A stretch of 64,000 nt of DNA. Origin: Candidatus Woesearchaeota archaeon. Lineage in GTDB: Archaea > Nanobdellota > Nanobdellia > Woesearchaeales > DSVV01. The stretch lies in contig JABHXF010000029.1 of the NCBI GenBank assembly GCA_018657385.1, positions 4,214 to 68,213 on the forward strand, given 5' to 3'. Made by a program: the position numbers and the translations under genes. Numbering within the stretch: position 1 is the first letter of the stretch; each line of letters starts with the position of its first letter. Below are positions 1 through 8,432 of the stretch, in pieces. Below the pieces are notes generated by a model. It ran no database searches. It was not told the DNA's origin and saw nothing but the letters and a program-made list of their open reading frames with translations.

Positions 1-2774
1 CAGATGCAGCCGGTAATAATAATATTTCAACACCAAGAACTATTACAATTGATCAAGTAGCGCCTTCCATTACTCTTACAACTCCTAGGGAAAGTGATAT
101 AATAGGATATAATGTATATATTTATACAGAAATATCAGATAGCTTAACAGATATTGATACTGCAACATACTTAATGCTTAATGCTTCAAATACATCACAG
201 ACTTTAACAAATGGTTCATTGAATTTAAGTAATAGTTGGGATGCTGTATGGAACTCTTCAGCTTATCCAACTGCAGAATGGAACGTGACATTTAAAATAA
301 CTGTTAATGATACTTTAGGAAATTCATATTCTATCAATAATACTTTTTTCCTTGATAATGAAAATCCTACAATACAGTTGGTTACACCACCTGTTGTAAC
401 TGCTTATTATGGTTCAAACTTTAATATGAATGCAATTGTCCAGGATATTACTCTTAATTATACAAATTATACGGTACTTACTACCGAGGTTTCAAATTCA
501 TCATCTTATCCAAGTAATACAACTTTGCATTCTTGGTTAGATACAATTAATATTTCTTCTCTTTCAGATGGCACATATAATCTTACAGTATATGCTCTGG
601 ATGCAGCAGAAAATACCAGAACAACTTCAACATCATTTGTTGTAGACTCAACTCCTCCAAGTGTTACTCTTAATTATCCTGGATCAAATATTCGTACAAA
701 TTCAACAAGTATTAACTTTAATTGGACCACTACAGATGGTATTGTTTCATCAACGTATTGTAATCTTTCTATAGATGATGCAGTTATCAAATCTAATATA
801 TTATGCTATAATAACTCAAATTGCACATATACTGTAAATGGTTTAAGCTGGAAAGATTATAGTTGGAATGTAACATGTTGGGATAATGCAAGCAATATTA
901 ATGACCCTTCTGGAATAATCTTTACACCTGATTGGAGAGATGATGATAGTGATAATTTCCATAATGCTGTTGATAATCTTATAGGTACTGAAGACAATAT
1001 AACTCAAAATGGAACTAGCAGCTTAGATATTACAGTAGATGGTGATAATAATCTGACAAGTTTTAATGATTCAAAACTTGTATTAATCTATGATGGGTCA
1101 GATTTAATAATAAATTTCACATATAATTTTTCAAGCTCAAAATTAGATTTAAGTAATTTTACTATCAAGAAAAATTCAACTTATATTTTGATAAATCATT
1201 CAAATCAGCTTTCGGAAAATAAAACAATATACATAACAGATGCTAGTTTTACAGGTTTATGTGTTAAGGATAGTGAGATTGCTGAGGTATCTGAAATGAG
1301 TGATAGCTGTATTGGAGATGCAGAATATGATTTTATAGAATGCATTGGAAATAATACAGGTATTACAATAAACGGAATAATCTGTGTTGATGAAGGTACA
1401 AGGATAAGAGTTGAGAATTTACAATATTCTGCTGTTAGAGGATCAACAACTACTTCATCTTCTTCTCCTTCTGGAGCACCTCAAGCAGGTAGTGGTTCTG
1501 GTAGAGATCTTAGTGACTATTTTGATGATGATAAAGAGGAAGAAGAGATTATTGAAGGAAGTAATCTTGATAAACTACTTGCAGAATGGGGGCAACTAAA
1601 GAAAGATACTATTGAAGTTGATGAAGATAATGAGGGTGAAACATTATTAAAAGGTGATGTTTTAGTTTCTGAGTTTGTCATAGATACAGATGGTGAAGTA
1701 ATTGAAGGTCATGTAGAAGAAGAAACAGATCTTGTTGGTGCTGCATTTGGTGGCCAAGTTAAAAATTATAATTTATTTTATTTTATTTTGTTTATACTAC
1801 ATGCTGTTATTCTAGTTTTTATTATTAGCAAAAGAGATGAAAAATATTTGGATCAAGATGAAGAAGTTGTTGATGATATTGATTTGAAAAGGGAATCTAA
1901 ATTATTGAATCAAGCATTGCTTGAAAAACATGATGTTTATGAAGATTTAGGTTTTAATAATTCTGAAAATGTTGACGATGATGGTGAATCAATTGAAATA
2001 CATTATACAAAAGAACATAATGATATTGATAACTTAAAAGATAGTATTGATAAAGAAATAGCAGAAGTAAGTTATGAAGATGAAGAACTTAATTATGGTG
2101 TTTCTCATGATGGTGTAATTGCTGAACATGATATGGAAGAAATAAAAGAAAAAGAAGAATTTCCTAGACTTTCTGAACCAACAATGAAGGATTTAGAATA
2201 CTCTGACGAAAAATTAAAAGAAAAAATTACATCAGAAGATGTTGAATATCCTAAAAAAGAAGATGTTGATATTGAATCTGAATCTAAACTTATACATATG
2301 CTTTTTGAAGAATATAGAAGTTCTGATAATGATATAAATGAAGAAAAAGAGATTGATGAAGAACAAATTCCTGTTGAAGAAATAAGTGATGATATTCCAG
2401 AAGAAATAAAAGAAGAGAAAGAAGATGAGATAGAAGTAATTGGAGGAATCCCTAAAAAAGAAATAAAAGAAGATGAAATAGAGGGTATAGAAGAACAACC
2501 CGAAGAAAAAGTAAAAGAAGAACCTAAAGAAGAAGCAAAAAAAGAAAAGAAAGAAGAAAACAATGATGAAATAGAAGTAATAGAAGATACTCCTGAAGAA
2601 GAAAAAGAAGAAGATGAAATAGAAGTTATAGGAAATACTTCTGAAGAAGAAAAAGAAGAAATTGATCTTCCTAAATTAAATGAAGAAGAAGTTGATGATA
2701 TTGATATAAAAAGAGAATCTAAACTTCTAAAAAAAATAGCTGATGAAATAAGTGAAAATGATAAAAAAGAATAA
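1..2774 (+). CDS. Cell-surface (S-layer-like) glycoprotein, 5'-truncated by the window edge; repeated Ig-like ectodomain modules, one TM helix, long acidic E/K-rich tail
   Basis: The frame of the listed ORF (174..2774) stays open back to base 3, so the gene starts upstream of the window. Repeated modules open with DQVAPSITLTTP, DNENPTIQLVTPP and VDSTPPSVTLNYPG. N-x-S/T sequons are very dense. A hydrophobic helix FYFILFILHAVILVFIIS lies at about nt 1765-1830, followed by a roughly 310-aa E/K/D-rich tail with internal repeats. Confidence 0.6.
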   Translation, partial: DAAGNNNISTPRTITIDQVAPSITLTTPRESDIIGYNVYIYTEISDSLTDIDTATYLMLNASNTSQTLTNGSLNLSNSWDAVWNSSAYPTAEWNVTFKITVNDTLGNSYSINNTFFLDNENPTIQLVTPPVVTAYYGSNFNMNAIVQDITLNYTNYTVLTTEVSNSSSYPSNTTLHSWLDTINISSLSDGTYNLTVYALDAAENTRTTSTSFVVDSTPPSVTLNYPGSNIRTNSTSINFNWTTTDGIVSSTYCNLSIDDAVIKSNILCYNNSNCTYTVNGLSWKDYSWNVTCWDNASNINDPSGIIFTPDWRDDDSDNFHNAVDNLIGTEDNITQNGTSSLDITVDGDNNLTSFNDSKLVLIYDGSDLIINFTYNFSSSKLDLSNFTIKKNSTYILINHSNQLSENKTIYITDASFTGLCVKDSEIAEVSEMSDSCIGDAEYDFIECIGNNTGITINGIICVDEGTRIRVENLQYSAVRGSTTTSSSSPSGAPQAGSGSGRDLSDYFDDDKEEEEIIEGSNLDKLLAEWGQLKKDTIEVDEDNEGETLLKGDVLVSEFVIDTDGEVIEGHVEEETDLVGAAFGGQVKNYNLFYFILFILHAVILVFIISKRDEKYLDQDEEVVDDIDLKRESKLLNQALLEKHDVYEDLGFNNSENVDDDGESIEIHYTKEHNDIDNLKDSIDKEIAEVSYEDEELNYGVSHDGVIAEHDMEEIKEKEEFPRLSEPTMKDLEYSDEKLKEKITSEDVEYPKKEDVDIESESKLIHMLFEEYRSSDNDINEEKEIDEEQIPVEEISDDIPEEIKEEKEDEIEVIGGIPKKEIKEDEIEGIEEQPEEKVKEEPKEEAKKEKKEENNDEIEVIEDTPEEEKEEDEIEVIGNTSEEEKEEIDLPKLNEEEVDDIDIKRESKLLKKIADEISENDKKE

Positions 2775-4877
2775 TTAAACTATATCGCCTGGATAAAAAT
2801 CAATTCTAGGGTCATATAGGTTAAGGAAGTATTTCTCTTTTTCCTTATCATTATCTGGGATTTTCCAATAGGTGTTGTCAGTGTAAGGCTTATTTTTGAC
2901 TGCTTCTATCATCTCTTGGCTTGGTCTCCAATTTAAATTTACTAATGAAAACATTTTCTTTAATGGTAATAATCTAGATTCCATTCCTTTAAGTTTATGT
3001 TCTTCAGCATTCATTGCTAATACCTTTTTCCATTGTTCAATTGATTGCTGTTCAGATATTTTTAATAATGCTTTTAATTCTTCTTCTTCACTAATCAATC
3101 TTCTATCTACTTCAACTATAAAATGTTCCATGTTATTGATTGGATCTCCTTCTAAAATTGCATGTGCAGATATAAAATCAGTTTTGAAACTTACATTTTC
3201 ATTATAGATTGTATAAATATTTACATTTTCTGGTTTCATACCTTCTCTTTCTGGCCATATGTCTGGTGCTTGTAAATCTAATAATCTTCTAATTACTAAT
3301 ATGTGTCCTGCTCCATAAATATGGCTAACATCATATGGCCCTTCTGTTTCTATTCCATAATCTAGGTAAATATCTAAATCAACTGCTGCTCCTAAGTTGT
3401 ATAATGCATTGAATATTTTTCCAAGTAATTTTGCTTTTTCAGGATTTGCTTTTTTAGGTTTAATTGTATTAATTAATTTGTAAACTTCTTCATCTCTTCT
3501 AACAATGTTTGATTTAAATGCAAAATGGTCTGCAACCATTCTGCTCATAACCATATCTAAAATGAAATTTGATATTTTCATTCTTTCTTGTTTTGGCATC
3601 TTAATAGTTTTCATGTCTAACATTGTATAATAATGCCAAACTCTTAATGCAGATACACTTTCCCAACATTTACCTAATTTTTCTGCAGGAATATTTAACT
3701 CAATTGCTTTGTTAATGAATTTCTTCATATGTGTAATATATTCTTTAGCATACATTGGATGTGCTTGGAACCAATCAAATGGTTGTTGTGTTCCTATATG
3801 CATATTTCCAATTGCTAAGTATGCTGATTTAATATATGGTGTATAAATATCATCTTTTGATTTTTTCTTTTCTTTTTCTTTGTTTTGTTTATCTAAATTT
3901 TCTAATGTTTCTATTAATTCTTCTGGAGTATAATCTTTTGTTTGTTTCTTTTCTTGAATTATTCCTTTTTTTAATAAAATCTTAGATATTTTATCAACTA
4001 TAATACTCATCATTGCACAAAATGTTTTACTTTCTAAATATTGGCCTTCTTCACTTATTTGAATTGAGATTGGAGTGATTGTTCTAAATGCTAAGAAAGT
4101 TTTCATTGTTTCATCTTTTTCTTTTTCATCCTGAAAATTATGTTCTTGTAGTCTTGCAATTACTTCATTATCTAACTTAGATTCAAAAAATAATTTTGGT
4201 GGCCTGTAAAATACACATGGTTTATCATCAGAGTAAGTTGAATCTCTAGCTCCACGCTTTTCACCAATTGCCCCTACTTTCATTGCTTCTTTAGTAATTT
4301 CAGCTTGTAAAAATTCACACATATAGGTGTTTGCTAGTTTTTTTGGTAGGTATTTATCTAAAAATTGTTTAAACTCATAAACTAATTCATCAAATAACAC
4401 ATAAGTACAAAAATGATATGAATAAAATGTTCTTAACATATATGTTGCTTTTTTTAGATTGTCAATTATTGTAGGGATGTCATCTGCATAGATTTGTTTT
4501 AATGTTTCTTCTGCTATTTTAATAATTTCTTTTGTATCTTGTGTTTTTTTTGTAAAAACTTCTATATATTTTTGAGGGTTAGCAAGAAAAAATTTCATCA
4601 TTCCTTTACTGCTTAACTCTTCTGCACACCACCATAATCCTTTTTTGTCGAAGAAGAATGGGATTTTTCTGTTGTATATTAAATATCCTTCTTTTTCAAA
4701 TCCTGGTGTGTATATAGCAATATCAAATTTTTGATGAAAATACTTTGGTCTTTCACATCTGAATATTTTGCCATCTACATCTAACTCTAATATTTGGTTG
4801 CTTTTTTCAGCAGGTCTTGCTTTTGTTGTGTATGATGTGATTTTTGATTCATCAACATCTCTTATGTCTAATCTCAT
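2775..4877 (-). CDS. Hypothetical 700-aa protein, last gene of the swivel-domain cluster
   Basis: Long uninterrupted ORF of non-repetitive composition with ATG at 4877. Its stop abuts the stop of the convergent surface-protein gene. I recognise no catalytic motif; in particular there are no PpsA/PPDK-type ATP-grasp motifs. Confidence 0.7.
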   Translation of the reverse strand: MRLDIRDVDESKITSYTTKARPAEKSNQILELDVDGKIFRCERPKYFHQKFDIAIYTPGFEKEGYLIYNRKIPFFFDKKGLWWCAEELSSKGMMKFFLANPQKYIEVFTKKTQDTKEIIKIAEETLKQIYADDIPTIIDNLKKATYMLRTFYSYHFCTYVLFDELVYEFKQFLDKYLPKKLANTYMCEFLQAEITKEAMKVGAIGEKRGARDSTYSDDKPCVFYRPPKLFFESKLDNEVIARLQEHNFQDEKEKDETMKTFLAFRTITPISIQISEEGQYLESKTFCAMMSIIVDKISKILLKKGIIQEKKQTKDYTPEELIETLENLDKQNKEKEKKKSKDDIYTPYIKSAYLAIGNMHIGTQQPFDWFQAHPMYAKEYITHMKKFINKAIELNIPAEKLGKCWESVSALRVWHYYTMLDMKTIKMPKQERMKISNFILDMVMSRMVADHFAFKSNIVRRDEEVYKLINTIKPKKANPEKAKLLGKIFNALYNLGAAVDLDIYLDYGIETEGPYDVSHIYGAGHILVIRRLLDLQAPDIWPEREGMKPENVNIYTIYNENVSFKTDFISAHAILEGDPINNMEHFIVEVDRRLISEEEELKALLKISEQQSIEQWKKVLAMNAEEHKLKGMESRLLPLKKMFSLVNLNWRPSQEMIEAVKNKPYTDNTYWKIPDNDKEKEKYFLNLYDPRIDFYPGDIV

Positions 4878-4910
4878 TTTTATTTTGTCCTTTTTTTATG
4901 GGATTGTCGC

Positions 4911-5000
4911 AAAAAACAACAACAACAATGGCACAGACGAACTTTCTTTCAGAAAGTCCTACTCGCCTAATGGCTCGCCTGGCCTATGTTGTTGTTTTTT
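4911..5000. ncRNA. Conserved GC-rich structured element, copy A of 3 (unknown family)
   Basis: Shares the blocks GGCAC[A/G]GACG, TCCTACTCGCCT and GGCTCGCC[T/C]GGCC with 12654-12738 and 24477-24573. These are enclosed by an AACAACAA/TTGTTGTT outer stem with a flanking A-run and T-run. The internal hairpin is ACTTTC/GAAAGT. The strand is unresolved. Confidence 0.5.
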
Positions 5001-5026
5001 GCTTTTTTTATTATGACCTTATTTTA

Positions 5027-5362
5027 TTATTCTTTGTCTATTACTATCATTTCTTCAGCTGCATCTAATTTTACAATGGCTCCTTCTTTGATCTCTTCTA
5101 AGCCATTAATTCCTACAATGCATGGGATGTTTAATTCTCTTGCTAATATTGATGCATGGCATGTTAACCCACCATTTTTTGATAAAATAGCAGCTGCTTG
5201 TTTTAGTTTTATTACATCTTGGGTCATGTGTTCATTTAATATTACAACATCTTTTTTAGTGTAAACTTTATTTGAATCATATTTAGTTATTTTACCTTCA
5301 ACTTCTCCTGGACATGCACATGTTCCTGTTAATAGTATTTTGTTTGTTATTTTTTCTTCCAT
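5027..5362 (-). CDS. Stand-alone PEP-utilising-enzyme mobile (phosphohistidine swivel) domain protein
   Basis: GGLTCHASILARELNIPCIVG fits the PEP-utiliser phosphohistidine signature (G-G-x-T-x-H-x-S-I-[LV]-x-R). At 111 aa there is no flanking kinase or PEP-binding domain. Confidence 0.8.
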   Translation of the reverse strand: MEEKITNKILLTGTCACPGEVEGKITKYDSNKVYTKKDVVILNEHMTQDVIKLKQAAAILSKNGGLTCHASILARELNIPCIVGINGLEEIKEGAIVKLDAAEEMIVIDKE

Positions 5363-5364
5363 TT

Positions 5365-5712
5365 TTATTCCTCTATCTTATGAACTTCTCCAGTTGTTCC
5401 ACACATTTCAATAACATCTCCATCTTTTAGTATTTCAGTAATTGGTTTTCCTGTTTCAATACATTTTGTTGAAACAATACATGGGATTCCTAATTCTCTG
5501 CTAACAATTGATGGATGTGATGTTAATCCTCCAACATTACATATTATTCCAGCTGAATTATTCATCACAATAACCATTGTTGGATCAGTTAGATGTGTTA
5601 CAAGGATATCATTTTCATTGAATTTGTCGTGGTCATCCATATTTCTAATTATCTTAACCTTTCCACATACTTTTCCCTGACTAACTCCATGTCCTTTAGC
5701 TATTTGTTTCAT
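5365..5712 (-). CDS. Stand-alone PEP-utilising-enzyme mobile (phosphohistidine swivel) domain protein, paralogue
   Basis: GGLTSHPSIVSRELGIPCIV carries the same phosphohistidine signature. 115 aa, with a 2-nt gap to the next swivel gene. Confidence 0.8.
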   Translation of the reverse strand: MKQIAKGHGVSQGKVCGKVKIIRNMDDHDKFNENDILVTHLTDPTMVIVMNNSAGIICNVGGLTSHPSIVSRELGIPCIVSTKCIETGKPITEILKDGDVIEMCGTTGEVHKIEE

Positions 5713-5727
5713 TTTTATTTACCTTTT

Positions 5728-6837
5728 TCAGTGAGACATAGTGTATTCATTTACTCCTTTACTACAATAAATTGTGTTTGATCTGCCTTTAGCATTGACG
5801 TTATCATATTTATGAAGTAATTCTTCAACTAATTCTCTATGTTTTGACATTAGTTCTTTATTTTTTTGTAAACTTTCTACTAATTTTTTTGATTCGTCAA
5901 CTCCTATTGCAAATGCAGGGCTGTCTAATGTTCTTAAACTTCTTTGTCTTGGTACAAGATCTTCAATAACAAAGTCATAAGCTTTTGTTCCTTTGATTGC
6001 ATCTAAAAAACCTGGTGCTTTTTTTGCAAGATATTTTTTAAGATAAGCAATATCTGTTTTTTGACTTCTTTCACACCAATCACTTTCTATTTCAACATAT
6101 CCTAAAATTTTTCTTAGTCCCTGTTCCATTACTGCATCATCTACTAATCCTTCTCTGTATAATGGTAATCTTTGTCCAATGATCATCTCTGCTTCTGCAA
6201 AGCCTCTTATTGGATAATTTCCATCATGATACCAAATTCCATCTAAAACTTTCTGTAATAATGTTGAACTAGTTGTTGGAACAACAATCTGTTTGCCTTT
6301 TGCAGCTGAAATAACAGCTTTTTGTAGTTCTTTATTGTCTCCTAAATCACAAACATCTAACATTGCTGCACCAAACAAATCATCTTCAATTGGACCTTTT
6401 AAATAAACAACATTTCCAAATGTAATGGCATGTTCTGGTGTTACTAATGTTTCTAAAGCTTCTCTAGGAATTGCTGTTTCTAGTGATTCTCTTTTTAATC
6501 CTAAAACGATATCATGAAAAACTCCAGCTAGAAAAGCTGTTTCTGTGTCATGTGGAAAATATACATCTGGAGAAACACCTGATTCATCTAAGATCTTTAC
6601 AAGTTCAGCAGAACCATCTGCAACATCAAAACAATGAATTGCTTCGTGTCCCATCCCAGCTGGAGAGCCATGTTCAACTAATAATTTTAGTGTAGGCATT
6701 AATGCCTGTGTTACTCCATATTTATCCATCATATTAGCAACTTCTGTTGATGTGTAAAAACCATTATTACTCCATCCTTTTTCATTTTCAAAACCTATTT
6801 GGTTTAATAAACTAATTGCTTCATTTTTTTTATTCAT
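5728..6837 (-). CDS. Hypothetical protein with an HD-phosphohydrolase-like N-terminal half
   Basis: The string GHEAIH...FPHDTETAFLAGVFHDIVLG resembles the H...HD...(L/F)HDIG pattern of HD-domain hydrolases. The listed ORF starts at a GTG (6852); ATG at 6837 (MNKKNEA) is the likelier start. Confidence 0.6.
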   Translation of the reverse strand: MNKKNEAISLLNQIGFENEKGWSNNGFYTSTEVANMMDKYGVTQALMPTLKLLVEHGSPAGMGHEAIHCFDVADGSAELVKILDESGVSPDVYFPHDTETAFLAGVFHDIVLGLKRESLETAIPREALETLVTPEHAITFGNVVYLKGPIEDDLFGAAMLDVCDLGDNKELQKAVISAAKGKQIVVPTTSSTLLQKVLDGIWYHDGNYPIRGFAEAEMIIGQRLPLYREGLVDDAVMEQGLRKILGYVEIESDWCERSQKTDIAYLKKYLAKKAPGFLDAIKGTKAYDFVIEDLVPRQRSLRTLDSPAFAIGVDESKKLVESLQKNKELMSKHRELVEELLHKYDNVNAKGRSNTIYCSKGVNEYTMSH

Positions 6838-6851
6838 TTTTATTCCCCACA

Positions 6852-6965
6852 CTATTTCATCAATACTAAAATTAAAAGTAAGATTACAACTAATGTCCAG
6901 ATGCTTGATAAGTTAATGTTGAATACTCTCTGTCTTTCAAACATCATACTTGCTTTTCCTTCCAT
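6852..6965 (-). CDS. Possible 37-aa single-TM micro-protein (first cistron of the operon)
   Basis: My translation is MEGKASMMFERQRVFNINLSSIWTLVVILLLILVLMK. A GAGGG Shine-Dalgarno-like motif lies 8 nt upstream. The stop TAG at 6852-6854 abuts the next gene. Too short to be sure. Confidence 0.35.
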   Translation of the reverse strand: MEGKASMMFERQRVFNINLSSIWTLVVILLLILVLMK

Positions 6966-7032
6966 TTTAAATTCCCTCTTTGTTTTGTAACTTTATAGTA
7001 ATCACTACCCAGTGAACTATATAAACCTTTGT

Positions 7033-7048
7033 TGTCGGAATTCCGACA
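7033..7048. promoter_or_regulatory. Perfect 16-bp palindrome TGTCGGAATTCCGACA centred between two divergent TATA boxes
   Basis: The sequence is self-complementary. The minus-strand TATA TTTATATA (7018-7025) lies 8 nt to its left and the plus-strand TATA CTTTATAAAT (7061-7070) 12 nt to its right. Confidence 0.6.
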
Positions 7049-7123
7049 GCAGAACAGAAACTTTATAAATTTCATGTGTAATGTTTGTATTATACACATA
7101 AATCTGGTGTATTTTGGTGTAAA

Positions 7124-8248
7124 ATGGATGTTAAAAATGTACTATCTGAATTAGGATTAGGTGAGGGTGAAATTAAAGTATATTTAGCTCTATTAAAGCT
7201 AGGAAGTAGTCCCGTAAGTGCACTTAAAGAAGAAACTAACCTACATAGAACTACAATCTATGATTTTATTGAAAAATTGCTTAACAAAGGTTTAGCAAAT
7301 TATGTTTTAAGAGGTAATGTAAAATATTATCAAGCAACTGATCCTCAAAGATTATCTGATTTTCTTAATGAAAAAGCTTCTAGATTAAATGAAGTAATGC
7401 CAGAATTAGTTAAAATGAGTGAATTTCAAAAAAAAGATCTTAATGTAGAAGTTTTCAAAGGTAAAGAGGGCTATAAAGCTGCATTAGGGTTGGTAATAAA
7501 AGAAGGAAAAAATCTTATTGGTATGGGTTTTGAAGAAGAAAGATTTGAAGAGCTTATTCCAGACACTATGAGATGGTATTTTAGAGAAGCTAAAGAAAAA
7601 GGTATTAAAGAAAGAATATTTGTTAAGGATAGTGCTGAATTTTTTTATCCCCATGATAATATATCTTATAAATCTTTACCTGATGAATATTTTAATCCAA
7701 ACCAAACAATGACTTTTGGTGACTATGTTGCACTTCATATTTGGGATCCGTTCTCTACAATTGTTATTAAGAATAAGGATTTAGCGAATTCATATAGGAA
7801 ATGGTTTGAAATGTTGTGGGAACAAAATGTAAAAATAATCAAGGGTAATGATAGTCTTAAAAGAATGTTTGATTCACACTTACGTGATTTAAAAAAAGGA
7901 GATGATATGATTGTTTTTGGTAGTTCTAAACATATTCCCAAATATTTTAATAAATATTTTAATGATTATATTCCTAACTTAGCTAATAATGGAGTTAAAC
8001 CCAAAATTATTTTTGATGAAGATGCACATTCGCTGATAAATGCATGTAAAGATAATAATTGGGTAGTTAAGACCTTACCAAGAAAATATATTTCACCAAT
8101 AGAAGTAAACCTTTGGAAAAATAAAGCTGCAATTGTGATTTGGAAAGAAGAACCAGTTGCTTTTATTATTGAAGACAAAGAAGTGGCAGATGGTTTTAAA
8201 GCTTTCTTTGAGATACAATGGGATATTGCTAAGAAAGTGAAAAAATAG
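7124..8248 (+). CDS. TrmB-family transcriptional regulator
   Basis: N-terminal winged HTH: LGLGEGEIKVYLALLKLGSSPVSALKEETNLHRTTIYDFIEKLLNKGL, with a long TrmB-like C-terminal domain. ATG at 7124 is preferred over 7085 because the TATA at 7061-7070 would otherwise lie inside the ORF. Confidence 0.8.
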   Translation: MDVKNVLSELGLGEGEIKVYLALLKLGSSPVSALKEETNLHRTTIYDFIEKLLNKGLANYVLRGNVKYYQATDPQRLSDFLNEKASRLNEVMPELVKMSEFQKKDLNVEVFKGKEGYKAALGLVIKEGKNLIGMGFEEERFEELIPDTMRWYFREAKEKGIKERIFVKDSAEFFYPHDNISYKSLPDEYFNPNQTMTFGDYVALHIWDPFSTIVIKNKDLANSYRKWFEMLWEQNVKIIKGNDSLKRMFDSHLRDLKKGDDMIVFGSSKHIPKYFNKYFNDYIPNLANNGVKPKIIFDEDAHSLINACKDNNWVVKTLPRKYISPIEVNLWKNKAAIVIWKEEPVAFIIEDKEVADGFKAFFEIQWDIAKKVKK

Positions 8249-8384
8249 TTTTGAGTAATGAGTCTTGGGTTATGGGTGGGTAATTAGTAAATAGTTATGA
8301 GTATCACAGTAGTTGCTCAGAACTCATTTTACTCACAACTAAATCCTATAACTGATTTCCCCACAACCAACTCATTACTCAAAA
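8249..8384 (+). repeat. About 135-nt imperfect long inverted repeat (hairpin) downstream of the TrmB-like gene
   Basis: Perfect 15-bp outer arms: TTTTGAGTAATGAGT (8249-8263) pairs with ACTCATTACTCAAAA (8370-8384). The inner G/T-rich left arm pairs with the C/A-rich right arm if G.U pairs are allowed on the plus strand. Confidence 0.5.
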
Positions 8385-8432
8385 CCTAAAACTTAGATAA
8401 TCTTTATAAATAATCAATCCTATCTAACTAAA

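Noticed and set aside
2105-2563. Minus-strand ORFs (152 aa and 88 aa), plus 1411-1599 on the plus strand, inside the surface-protein gene.
   Set aside because: These are shadow ORFs of the GAA/AAA-rich acidic-tail coding repeats (S/F-rich translations). The plus-strand frame is clearly the real one.
4768-5264. Three plus-strand ORFs from the track (4768-5016, 4844-5068, 4986-5264).
   Set aside because: They run antisense to well-supported minus-strand genes or through structured element A. Their translations are low-complexity (poly-N/T, F/L-rich), as expected from reading an AT-rich antisense strand and the AACAAC stem.
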